DNA of 58,033 nt. Origin: a virus. Lineage: Duplodnaviria > Caudoviricetes. The DNA is taken from IMG/VR virus record IMGVR_UViG_3300037478_000518, positions 1-58,033 of that record. One strand, given 5' to 3'. The position numbers were made by a program, and so were the translations under genes. Below the pieces are notes generated by a model, which was given only the letters and a program-made list of their open reading frames with translations, searched no databases and was not told the origin of the DNA. This document shows positions 8,737-17,168 of the stretch, in pieces (within the stretch, counting starts at the first letter, position 1; each line of letters opens with the position of its first letter).

Positions 8737-9279
8737 TCAGGGGCCCTTTGTCTTGACGATTCGGAACGGTGCACGAACTCCCGCGCTATGTCGCTCCGCC
8801 GCCTGCAGCGCCTTCCTGATCCTTGAGCGTGCCCGCAGATGCTCGGTGGCGTACAGAGCGCCAACCGCGATGCTCGCCCCGCATCCAACCGCCGCGTATC
8901 CGTCCTCAAACTCACCAACCTGGAAGTCATCTTCGACGGACCAGACGCGGCCGTTATACCCGACGATGAAGGTGCCCCCGCTTTCGCGCTCATTGTCTTT
9001 CTTGATATATCCGCCCGACCTGAAGCATTCGCGAATGGCATCAACGAACGTCGTCGCCATGAATTGAGCGTCCGACACTCCGCTCTTGTGTTCGGGCGGA
9101 GTGAACGACCATCGAAGTAGTTGGCCCATGCGGAAGGATGAAGTAAATCCCATGACGAACGGGCCGTTGCGGAATACTTTTGCATCAGCGCGGATGCTCA
9201 GGTTGTACCCAGCGACCCCCGCGCTGTCGGCGCCGATGTAAACATGGCCGTCCTCCACCAACCCAACGATCACCGTCAC
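8737..9279 (-). CDS. Ntn-hydrolase, HslV/proteasome beta-subunit-like peptidase
   Basis: N-terminal MT, GADS, K~33, AVGCG..A.GAL. Confidence 0.75.
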   Translation of the reverse strand: MTVIVGLVEDGHVYIGADSAGVAGYNLSIRADAKVFRNGPFVMGFTSSFRMGQLLRWSFTPPEHKSGVSDAQFMATTFVDAIRECFRSGGYIKKDNERESGGTFIVGYNGRVWSVEDDFQVGEFEDGYAAVGCGASIAVGALYATEHLRARSRIRKALQAAERHSAGVRAPFRIVKTKGP

Positions 9280-9716
9280 AACCTAGCCTCCATATCCCCG
9301 ATCCCTCTCGCCAGCACATACACCCCGCCGCTCGCCTCGACCGCAACCTGGAACGTCCGCTGCGCCATGCTCTGCTTCCCCTTCGCCGACTTCACTTCGA
9401 CGAAGGTGATCCCTCTCTCGTCGCCCCAGAACACGACCAGATCCGATAACCCCTCGGTAACACGGGTCTTCCGGTTCTGCTCGTTGTCGACCAGGAAGCA
9501 AGCGCCACGGTGCAGACACCAGCGTTTGATCTCCATCCGGATCTCGGCCTCGAGCCGGTCGTCGCGTGACGGCTTGCGCTCTGCTGCCGGCTCCGTCAGT
9601 TCCAGCGCCTCGCCAATCGCCGACCGCACCGCTTCGCCCACGATGTCGCCACGGTGCCGGAGCAACTCCAGCACGGCGGGCGAGAGCGAGGTCAGGCGGT
9701 GGGCGAGGTCGGTCAT
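9276..9716 (-). CDS. VRR-NUC nuclease (Holliday junction resolvase-like)
   Basis: GLSDL..FVEVKSAKGKQSMAQ..F..GG.Y. Confidence 0.85.
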   Translation of the reverse strand: MTDLAHRLTSLSPAVLELLRHRGDIVGEAVRSAIGEALELTEPAAERKPSRDDRLEAEIRMEIKRWCLHRGACFLVDNEQNRKTRVTEGLSDLVVFWGDERGITFVEVKSAKGKQSMAQRTFQVAVEASGGVYVLARGIGDMEARL

Positions 9717-10336
9717 TACAGCGGCCTTGTGATCTCAGCGTGAAACCTTGCCTTGGAGATCGCAGGCCCACTCTTCACGGGAAACGTGGTCTCTATCTGC
9801 ACGCGCGACACGTCGACGGTCAGGCCACTCCGGAATGCGGCATCGATGTGTTCGCAAGCCGCTGCCAACGCTTCCCGAATCCGCTCCGCATGGCCAGCAT
9901 CGGTGAGCGGCACGATTGCCGGATCCTGCCACGGCACGCTGCTGTCACCTTCCGGCACCGACGCGCTGTCCGCGCTCCACCACTCCACCGGCTCTGGCGC
10001 CGGCCCGCGCCTTTCTTCCGGGATCTCGACGAGCCTGATGCCACCCGAGCCGTCGGGCGTCTCTTCCTGGTTCGGGCGCGGGTCGAGGACGGCGGGCCAG
10101 AAGGGCCAGTCGGGCGGCATGGCGGGACTGTACTGCACGTGCAACGCCAGCCACTTTGCCGGCTCCAGCGTATTCTTCAGCGCAGCCAAGTACGCCGGCA
10201 CCGCGTGTGGCGGCAGTTTCGCCAACGTCTTTGAAATCTGCTCCGCCGTCAGTCCGCCACCCGTGAACGCCTCGATATTCACGGGATCAACGGGAACGGT
10301 CCTGTTGCCCTCGGGTGTTGCGACGATCCAATTCAT
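9716..10336 (-). CDS. Hypothetical protein
   Basis: Coupled ORF with AAGGAG RBS. Confidence 0.6.
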   Translation of the reverse strand: MNWIVATPEGNRTVPVDPVNIEAFTGGGLTAEQISKTLAKLPPHAVPAYLAALKNTLEPAKWLALHVQYSPAMPPDWPFWPAVLDPRPNQEETPDGSGGIRLVEIPEERRGPAPEPVEWWSADSASVPEGDSSVPWQDPAIVPLTDAGHAERIREALAAACEHIDAAFRSGLTVDVSRVQIETTFPVKSGPAISKARFHAEITRPL

Positions 10337-10998
10337 TGCGTGCTCCTTTCGGGTGTCTCGGGCTCCCCCAGACGGGCCAACGTAGTAAACGCTATGGCGG
10401 TAGCGTCAACGATGGTGCCGCGACAGTCCACCACCGCTTCCAACGCCTTGCGCGCCTCTTCCAGCTTCTTCGCCAACTCGTCGCGCTCGGCCTTGAATTC
10501 GTTGACGAGGCGTTCTGTAAATTGTTCGCGCTCTTCGATGTTCCACGTCTCACAGAGATCCAGGTCATCGCAGTGGAAGCTGTCCACCAACTTACGTAGC
10601 CTGAGCCGTTGCGCGTCGTCTCCACCTTCGGGACGCTCGGCCGCCTCATCGCCTGCGGGCTCACAGTCGTCGAATGGTCCACTGCACCACATGGCCCTGC
10701 ACTTGACGCCAGCGCGATGCGCTGCACGAACGATACACGTTGGGCAGAGCAGCCCGCCCTCGTCACCCGTTGGACTGATCTTCGCCCATACATCATGCGG
10801 TACGACGACATCGCAGAACCCGTCATCGTCATACGGAAGGCCACAGTCGTAGCATCGAGCACCGGGAGCGGAGCGGAGCGCGGCCAGCAGGTTATGCGCG
10901 ATCGTTCCAACGCTCTCGCGAGACTTTCGGTGATTGCCCCAATTCGCCAGCAGTTCAAGAATTTCCTCGATTGCCTCTCTCACCTTGTCGTTATTCAT
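10333..10998 (-). CDS. Hypothetical Cys-rich protein
   Basis: CYDC...LCPTC motifs; ATGA coupling. Confidence 0.6.
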   Translation of the reverse strand: MNNDKVREAIEEILELLANWGNHRKSRESVGTIAHNLLAALRSAPGARCYDCGLPYDDDGFCDVVVPHDVWAKISPTGDEGGLLCPTCIVRAAHRAGVKCRAMWCSGPFDDCEPAGDEAAERPEGGDDAQRLRLRKLVDSFHCDDLDLCETWNIEEREQFTERLVNEFKAERDELAKKLEEARKALEAVVDCRGTIVDATAIAFTTLARLGEPETPERSTQ

Positions 10999-11474
10999 TC
11001 GGTCCGTCCTTCCGCTTCCCTGAGGACCGTTCGCAACTCTCTCACGAGCCAAACGGGTGTCAGCGCGCGGTCCGGCAACCTGTCGTGTTCATCCCACTTG
11101 TCTTCGCAGTCGGGCATGGCCGCGAATTGGTCATATTGGCGAAGCAGATCAGCAACGCGCGCATCGTCCACGATCCTGCCAGCGACACGTTCCAATTCCG
11201 CCACCCGTCGCTCCAACTGCACAGCTTTCTCGGCCGCCTCGACGTGTACTTCAAGATTCTGCATGACCTCATCGTCGTCCTCATCGTTCGCCGCTGCCAT
11301 GAGCAAGCGCACTCGTTTGCGAAACTGTTCCAACTGCTTCGCGTGTGCAGCGAGAGCGTCAACTTCGCTCTCCACATCCCAACAGTCCACTTCCGGATGA
11401 TTCAGTGTCAGCACTTCCAGAATCGTCTCGCGCATTTCATCCACGGTTCGCGTGGTCGGTGTTGGGTCGCTCAA
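10995..11474 (-). CDS. Hypothetical coiled-coil protein
   Basis: TTG start with GGAGG, TTGA overlap. Confidence 0.55.
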   Translation of the reverse strand: MSDPTPTTRTVDEMRETILEVLTLNHPEVDCWDVESEVDALAAHAKQLEQFRKRVRLLMAAANDEDDDEVMQNLEVHVEAAEKAVQLERRVAELERVAGRIVDDARVADLLRQYDQFAAMPDCEDKWDEHDRLPDRALTPVWLVRELRTVLREAEGRTE

Positions 11475-11698
11475 TTCGCCTCCACGATGCGGCCGTTCGA
11501 GTCCTCGACACGCAGATTCCCGACGACACGGAGAAAACCGTAGCAGTTCGGGCACGTAGTCGCGTAGGCATATGGAGCAATGGTTACAACCACTGGCCCG
11601 TACCTCCGCTCCGCTGTCGTGCAGAACACCCGGTACGAGTCGCGTGTCTTGGTCACCACCACGTGCCCGGTTGCGCTAGCGTTGCACATCGTTGCCAC
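11471..11698 (-). CDS. Hypothetical small Cys protein
   Basis: Fills the operon; CPNC motif. Confidence 0.45.
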   Translation of the reverse strand: MATMCNASATGHVVVTKTRDSYRVFCTTAERRYGPVVVTIAPYAYATTCPNCYGFLRVVGNLRVEDSNGRIVEAN

Positions 11699-12002
11699 CC
11701 TTCATGCTGGCCTCCAGTTCGTCGGCCCACTCGTCGACCCAGTCCGCTGCGTCATATGCGTCAGCGCCCGGACCGTCGAATGCGCGGCGGTTGCGTATCC
11801 TGACCGCAATGTCTCGCATCACGCCTGCTTCCAGTTCACCCGTCAGCGCACGAGCGGCGAGACGACGGGCGTCGGCAGAGAACGCAAAGACAGCCGCCCT
11901 AGCTGCGTCGAGGATGTGTTCATCGGCGTACTCGTCCAGAAGGGATGCCTCCTGCACCAGCTTGGCTGCCACGGTACGTCGCACTTCTTCCGGTATGCTC
12001 AT
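11676..12002 (-). CDS. Hypothetical protein
   Basis: ATGA coupling. Confidence 0.55.
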   Translation of the reverse strand: MSIPEEVRRTVAAKLVQEASLLDEYADEHILDAARAAVFAFSADARRLAARALTGELEAGVMRDIAVRIRNRRAFDGPGADAYDAADWVDEWADELEASMKGGNDVQR

Positions 12003-12226
12003 GTGTCCCGCCTTTCTGTTCCGACTTCGCCGACAGGAAACCCGAAGTCCGCTTCTGATTCGCCCGGCCACAACGATCCAGCGAAAGGCTCGCGCTCGTA
12101 TCCCGAGCAGTCGCGATCGCACAGATACATCACGGTGGGAACTGAGCGACCACGCGGCGCCTTGCGCTGATGGCATACCGTGCATGTAACCGCGACGCCG
12201 ACCTTGTTCGGATTCAGCGTGCTCAT
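11999..12226 (-). CDS. Hypothetical Cys-rich protein
   Basis: CTVC..CDRDC; ATGA coupling. Confidence 0.55.
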   Translation of the reverse strand: MSTLNPNKVGVAVTCTVCHQRKAPRGRSVPTVMYLCDRDCSGYEREPFAGSLWPGESEADFGFPVGEVGTERRDT

Positions 12227-12423
12227 GTGTCCCTCGGGTAGACGAGCCCCGTGCCGTGGCAGTACGAGCATTGCAGCATGGCACTGGGCGTGCTCACAAT
12301 GGAAATTGCTTGAGTCTGCGACGGTAGCCAAACGCCCCGCCCGTTGCACTTGTCACATCCTCTCGGATACTTGCGCACCGGCTCATCCGGCAGGGCCTTC
12401 ACCGAGTCAGCCATGCGCCCCAT
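12223..12423 (-). CDS. DnaJ-type zinc-finger protein
   Basis: CDKCNGRG and CSYCHGTG repeats. Confidence 0.6.
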   Translation of the reverse strand: MGRMADSVKALPDEPVRKYPRGCDKCNGRGVWLPSQTQAISIVSTPSAMLQCSYCHGTGLVYPRDT

Positions 12424-13048
12424 CCTTCCCTAGCAGCGCCGTGTATCGCAAACACTCAACAACTCCCTTGTCGTGGTCGTATGCGTACTCAATGCAGTGG
12501 CAGGCATCGCCGAACTCGCACGGTGGCCGCATACGCTTCGGCGCCAACAGCCCGTGTTTTACCGCGATGTCTTGAATGCCCTCGTACTCCAGTTGATACT
12601 CTTGCAGGATCTCGATCGCGAACTTGCGCAGCTTCTCGCGGTCCCCCACGCTCGCCACTGAACCGTGCTCGCTGCATTCTGGCGACGGACCGCATGTGCA
12701 CTCAGGATCACCGCGTTGCTCTCGTGCGAAGGCAAGGCCGTCGTTCCAGCCGCGCAGGTACTCGACATCGACACGCTTGCGCAGCGTCTCGTTTTCTTCT
12801 GCGACTCGTTCCAGTTCCTCGACCACCAGTGCATCGACCTGCTCACCGCCGAGCCCCAATCCGCGACGTTGCACAACCCCTTGCAGCCGGCCACAGACGC
12901 GCTTGTAGTTGTCCACCAGCAATCGCGCATGTTCGGCTGTGTCTGTGCCCGGACCACATTCCAGAATCTTTCTCACGCTGTCGCGGTCTTCCTGGAGCGC
13001 GCGGACGGCATCAAGCGCGCGGACGTGAACGGCATCGCACTCGTGCAT
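12407..13048 (-). CDS. Hypothetical protein
   Basis: Long ORF in the operon; start uncertain. Confidence 0.55.
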   Translation of the reverse strand: MHECDAVHVRALDAVRALQEDRDSVRKILECGPGTDTAEHARLLVDNYKRVCGRLQGVVQRRGLGLGGEQVDALVVEELERVAEENETLRKRVDVEYLRGWNDGLAFAREQRGDPECTCGPSPECSEHGSVASVGDREKLRKFAIEILQEYQLEYEGIQDIAVKHGLLAPKRMRPPCEFGDACHCIEYAYDHDKGVVECLRYTALLGKDGAHG

Positions 13049-13161
13049 CGGTACTTTGCCGCGCCCATCGGCTGGTTTGCCGGGCGGGGTGGTTGGTGAG
13101 GTGCGGTCATGCAGTGCGCCCCCAGGCGTTTCCTTCCACCCTCAGCGCCATTGGCCCGCAA

Positions 13162-13440
13162 GGGCGGCGGATGGATCGGGAGAGATACGTAGTATCTCCC
13201 ATCCGCCCTCTGCTATGGCACTGAATCTTATTCATAATCCCTCGTTAACAGGTTATCCGACCGTTTCCCTGAGTGTTTCCCGGCGTTTCCCGGCGTTTCC
13301 CATGCCGTTTTCTGCAAACTGGGGATCGCGCCATCGTCCCAAAATCGGACACCGTTTCCCTGAGTGTTTCCCGCTTCGCCAGAAATCGCGTAAGTCATTG
13401 TTTTTCACGTTTCCTGGACGATTTCCTGCCATGTTTCCTG
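13162..13440. repeat. Probable replication origin: iterons plus hairpin
   Basis: ACCGTTTCCCTGAGTGTTTCCC twice (~13260, ~13350), many GTTTCC units, hairpin GAGATAC-GTA-GTATCTC (13182-13198); directly downstream of the helicase. Confidence 0.6.
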
Positions 13441-14862
13441 AATCGCCATCTTTCCGGCTACGAATTGGCGTCCGGAACGGGTACCGCCGCCGGTGTCTCG
13501 GATGGCCCCTCGAGCGATCAGGCGTTGGAGCGCGGCATTGATGTCGACGGTCTTGCCAGTCACTCCAGCGCACACAGAGCGTACGGAACATTCCGGGTGA
13601 GACTCGACGAAGAGCAGGATGCGGGTGTCCATGCTGAGTTCGCCCCCTTCAAGGACGAAGCGCTCGCCCGCCAGACGGACCGTGTACGTCTCGGCCTGCC
13701 ACCTTCCCCGTGCCTTCACCTTCCTTACGTCGCTGTCGCCCTCGATTTCGGTCATCTCGAGAATCATGTCCACTTCGGCCGTGATGGCTGTGCTGTCTCT
13801 GGCACCTCCTGACTTTGCGGCGTGATGAACGAGCACGATCGCGGTATCGTACGTCCGCGCCGTACTGGTGATGTCCTTCATGAGCGGTGTCCAGGCCCGG
13901 TAATCCCCCGAGTCCGGTGGTTCCGGGAGTAGCACCGCGAGCGCTGCAAGGTTGTCGATCACGGTTACAGCAGGCCTGACGTGAGCCACCTTGCGGCGGA
14001 GTGCTTCCAGCCCATCCAGCCGGCCCGTGAGATAAAGGGACTCGGGTGCCGCCCCAAACGTCTCGAGGCGCCTTCCGGCATCGCCGATGTGCTCATCGAT
14101 CCCGACCCACAGCACCCGGCCTTGCTCACAGTTCTCGCCCAAGAACCAGCCGCCGCGCGACTTCTCTGCGGCGCCGTACGCCGCGAACGTGCTCTTGCCC
14201 GTCTTCTCGCGAGCGACCAGTAGAGTAACTCGGGCCGACCAGGCCAGCCGCGGGATCTCGCAGCGCGGCGGCGCGAACATGGACGGATCCGCGATGAGCT
14301 GCGCGAGCGTGACCAAGTCCCTGTCTTCCGCCTCGCCGATTCGGTCCTCAATCCGGGTGACGCGATCGTCCAGGAGCTGCCGCGCATCGCGGTAACCCTT
14401 TCCGCGTGCGATCTCGCTCGCCGCCTCGAGACCGACAATGAACTGGCGCGCGACACTCCGCTCGATGATCGTCCGGACGTGCGGTTCGACGGATACTCCC
14501 GGGCTCGGCGAGTAGTCGAGCAGGTCCCCGATGTAGGACATCCCGCCGACCTGCTCGAGATTGTCCGCTGACTCCAGCTCGTCGACCACCATCGACACGT
14601 CGATCGTCCCGTGCTCGCCCTGGACGCTGGAGCACGCCTCGTAAACCATGCGATTCGCCTCGATCGCGAAGTCGTCGGGGCGCAAACGTTCGAGCACCAT
14701 CGCGGACTGTGGTTGCGCACTCAGCAACGTGCCCAGCGCGACAGACTCGGCCTCGACGGCTGGATGGCCCAGGTCGCGATGCACGGTGCCATTCCGTTCC
14801 TTGTGTCTCCGACCGTTGCCGCGCGCCATCTCAGGCCACGCTTTCCGTTGCGCGTGTTGCAT
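13405..14862 (-). CDS. Replicative helicase: DnaB N-terminal domain + RecA-family AAA_25 + C-terminal wHTH
   Basis: EAE..ALG.LL..L.PDDF..ANR.VY (DnaB-N); AREKTGKST Walker A; VIDNL; LVHHAAKSG; RDSTAI. Confidence 0.85.
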   Translation of the reverse strand: MQHAQRKAWPEMARGNGRRHKERNGTVHRDLGHPAVEAESVALGTLLSAQPQSAMVLERLRPDDFAIEANRMVYEACSSVQGEHGTIDVSMVVDELESADNLEQVGGMSYIGDLLDYSPSPGVSVEPHVRTIIERSVARQFIVGLEAASEIARGKGYRDARQLLDDRVTRIEDRIGEAEDRDLVTLAQLIADPSMFAPPRCEIPRLAWSARVTLLVAREKTGKSTFAAYGAAEKSRGGWFLGENCEQGRVLWVGIDEHIGDAGRRLETFGAAPESLYLTGRLDGLEALRRKVAHVRPAVTVIDNLAALAVLLPEPPDSGDYRAWTPLMKDITSTARTYDTAIVLVHHAAKSGGARDSTAITAEVDMILEMTEIEGDSDVRKVKARGRWQAETYTVRLAGERFVLEGGELSMDTRILLFVESHPECSVRSVCAGVTGKTVDINAALQRLIARGAIRDTGGGTRSGRQFVAGKMAIQETWQEIVQET

Positions 14863-14868
14863 GCACGT

Positions 14869-15099
14869 TCAGGCCGCGCCCTTGCCAAACAGCCCGAGGC
14901 GCGCGAACGGATCGATTGTCTGCACGGTGCCGTACGCGGCGACTTCCTCAATGACGATGTTACGTATCGCCCGCAGGTCGCGCGCAAGGAAGCCCTTGGA
15001 CCTTGCCCATGCCCCGAAGTCATCTTCCAGCGCGCCGCCGCGCCTCGAATGCCACGCGAGGAACTGCTGGGCCTGCGCCTCGTGGTCGGCTGTCGTCAT
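14869..15099 (-). CDS. Hypothetical protein
   Basis: AGGAG RBS; upstream of the helicase. Confidence 0.6.
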   Translation of the reverse strand: MTTADHEAQAQQFLAWHSRRGGALEDDFGAWARSKGFLARDLRAIRNIVIEEVAAYGTVQTIDPFARLGLFGKGAA

Positions 15100-15125
15100 A
15101 GCGCGCTCCTAGTACTAAAGTCCGG

Positions 15126-15154
15126 TTGACTTAATTCCAGCCCCATGCTATTAT
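15126..15154 (+). promoter_or_regulatory. Strong sigma70-type promoter of the plus-strand island
   Basis: TTGACT-N17-TATTAT with extended -10 TG; AT-rich relative to the rest of the genome. Confidence 0.8.
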
Positions 15155-15200
15155 CATTGTAGCGGGACACAGAAAGCCCGCCACTACAGGAGACCGACAG

Positions 15201-15419
15201 ATGACAAAGGCCAAGTGGACGCGGCAGGACGACCAATTCCTCGTGCAGGTGCGCTGTGGCGGGCGGGGCTCCGAGTTCGTCGGCCGCGCCGCCGAGGTCG
15301 CCCGCAAGAACGGCGGATGGGACCGTGTCGTGCTGGGCGATCTGGTGGAGGACTTTGGCGCGGGCGATGTCTGTCTGTTCCGCGCCGACCGGAAGGCCGA
15401 CTGGATGGCGGCCCGTTAA
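15201..15419 (+). CDS. Small protein 1 of putative anti-defence operon
   Basis: CAGGAGACCGAC leader; 72 aa. Confidence 0.75.
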   Translation: MTKAKWTRQDDQFLVQVRCGGRGSEFVGRAAEVARKNGGWDRVVLGDLVEDFGAGDVCLFRADRKADWMAAR

Positions 15420-15443
15420 CCCCATACCACAGGAGAGACCGAC

Positions 15444-15653
15444 ATGACGATCAGCCAAATCAATCTCGAGCAGGCACTGCGGGCAATCGATGACATGGCG
15501 GCCTACGCGGGCCGGAATGACAGCACGATGGAGCGCGAGGCGCGGCGTACACTGGACGAGCTGTGCTGGAGCCCGAGCGGCTACCCGGCCCCCGTGATCG
15601 CGGCCCTGCAAAGGTACGGCTACCGGGTCTCCGAAACTGGCCAGTTGGCCTGA
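15444..15653 (+). CDS. Small protein 2 of putative anti-defence operon
   Basis: CACAGGAGAGACCGAC leader; 69 aa. Confidence 0.75.
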   Translation: MTISQINLEQALRAIDDMAAYAGRNDSTMEREARRTLDELCWSPSGYPAPVIAALQRYGYRVSETGQLA

Positions 15654-15713
15654 CACACCTTTCTGGGCGCCGTTCCGGCCCCATTGAGACGAACACCAAC
15701 AGGAGATGAGACG

Positions 15714-15830
15714 ATGAAGGAGTTCACCACGCGGTTCCCGGACGGTACGACGATCACCGTTGCCGACGATGTACGCTACTGGTACGCCACGTGTCGGGCG
15801 TGCGGCAAGCGGTTCCAGTTGATGGACTGA
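15714..15830 (+). CDS. Small protein 3 (38 aa, CxxC), absent from the ORF track
   Basis: ACAGGAGA leader; MKEFTTRFPDGTTITVADDVRYWYATCRACGKRFQLMD. Confidence 0.65.
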   Translation: MKEFTTRFPDGTTITVADDVRYWYATCRACGKRFQLMD

Positions 15831-15863
15831 CGCACGCCAACCACACACACAGGAGAACCGGAA

Positions 15864-16088
15864 ATGACGCAGGAATATATGGTCGAGAAAATGGACGACG
15901 GTTGGGCTGTCGCACCGATGCTCGGGGTCGTCCGTGGGATTCCATTCGCGGAACGGTTCAGGACCTACCGCGATGCCGCCGCATGGCTGAATGAACAGCC
16001 GCGTTGCCCGGACTGTCGCAAGGTCCTGCGGGGCAAGGACCGAGAGGTGGGAGTGTGCGGCAGATGTGAAAACGCTCGAGTCCGCTGA
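15864..16088 (+). CDS. Small protein 4, C-terminal Zn finger
   Basis: CACACAGGAGAACCG leader; CPDC..CGRC. Confidence 0.75.
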   Translation: MTQEYMVEKMDDGWAVAPMLGVVRGIPFAERFRTYRDAAAWLNEQPRCPDCRKVLRGKDREVGVCGRCENARVR

Positions 16089-16142
16089 CCGGACAAACGT
16101 GGCTCTTACGGCCACATTCTGACACACACAGGAGAGACCGAA

Positions 16143-16358
16143 GTGATGACGCTGACCTTCCACACCGACGACGAGCGTAGCCTGACGATCGCTGCATTGC
16201 GGCGTTTCGCGCGGGCGCACAATGAGGCAGCTGCCGCGCCTGATGCGCCGCACGCTGCCTACAACCTGCGCGCCGCCTTCGTGCTGGACAAACTCGTGCA
16301 ACGATTGATGGCCACGACCGGCACAAATGACGACTTCTTCGACCGGTTCGCGAAGTGA
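16143..16358 (+). CDS. Small protein 5 of putative anti-defence operon
   Basis: CACACACAGGAGAGACCGA leader; 71 aa. Confidence 0.75.
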   Translation: MMTLTFHTDDERSLTIAALRRFARAHNEAAAAPDAPHAAYNLRAAFVLDKLVQRLMATTGTNDDFFDRFAK

Positions 16359-16546
16359 GCGGCCCAGAATTGAAGCGCCTCCGCGAATCCCGCGGCCTGT
16401 CACAACGCGAGTTCGGCCGCGCCCTGGCCGAGGCGGTAGCCAAGCCCGAGCCCTACACGGCGCAATACGTGTGGCTGCTGGAGACCGAGCGGAAGCCGGT
16501 CCCCGGCTGGATGCCGTACGTGCTGGGGTTGCGGGCGCCGATGTGA
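16355..16546 (+). CDS. XRE-family HTH, Aca-like regulator
   Basis: ELKRLRESRGLSQREFG..YVWLLET..PVP; last gene of the operon; GTGA-coupled. Confidence 0.75.
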   Translation: MSGPELKRLRESRGLSQREFGRALAEAVAKPEPYTAQYVWLLETERKPVPGWMPYVLGLRAPM

Positions 16547-16552
16547 TGGGCG

Positions 16553-17059
16553 TCATGGCGCGGACCCGGCGTCGCGATCGAGCGTCGTATAGATGGCGGG
16601 TCCGAAGTGGTCACGGCGGAATACCACGACCACAGAGGGGAACGGGGCTCGCCCGCGGCGGGACCGCCCAAAACCGAGACGACCGCGAATCAGCCGGACT
16701 TCGCTCGCGTAGCGATGTACGACCGCATGCCACCAGCCGGTGTCAATGCTTCCCGGCAGGAGCATGACGACACATTCGGCACCGCCCATGTGGTGGACTT
16801 CCCACTCCGCCTTCGCGACCCACGCATCGACCCCCCGACCGTACGGTGGATTGCACCACACGCGGCCGCGCCAATCGATGGTCAGGGCATCATCTTGTGG
16901 CGTGAAGAAATCGGCGCACTTCGCGTTCTCGTGACTGGCCGCCGCGTCTAGCGTGAAGTCGAATTCCGCATCGAGCCGCGCGAAGAGATCCGGCGGGGTC
17001 TCCCATTTATCCCAGCCTGGAAGACGGCGGCGAAGGCCGGGGAAGAGATCGACCATCAT
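16553..17059 (-). CDS. Phage DNA N6-adenine methyltransferase (Dam family)
   Basis: WETP..F.FTLDAAA, WCNPPYG, FIRGRL-like motif. Confidence 0.9.
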   Translation of the reverse strand: MMVDLFPGLRRRLPGWDKWETPPDLFARLDAEFDFTLDAAASHENAKCADFFTPQDDALTIDWRGRVWCNPPYGRGVDAWVAKAEWEVHHMGGAECVVMLLPGSIDTGWWHAVVHRYASEVRLIRGRLGFGRSRRGRAPFPSVVVVFRRDHFGPAIYTTLDRDAGSAP

Positions 17060-17081
17060 GCCCGCCCCCTCGCGCCGCCCC

Positions 17082-17140
17082 ATGGGTCACCAAATGGGTC
17101 ACCGCCGCCGCACCGCGAACCGTCCGGGAACCGTCCGGAA
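17082..17140. repeat. Two tandem direct-repeat pairs
   Basis: ATGGGTCACC at 17082 and 17094; GAACCGTCCGG at 17117 and 17128. Confidence 0.6.
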
Positions 17141-17168
17141 GCGATGGCCAGCGAACCCGTTTTCGGGG

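Noticed and set aside
13250-13440. Repeats as a CRISPR or guide-RNA array
   Set aside because: Short irregular units without unique spacers, and no cas or Nop-domain gene. An origin fits better.
15096-16556. 486-aa minus-strand ORF covering the island
   Set aside because: The promoter, RBS leaders and HTH motif support the plus-strand genes instead.
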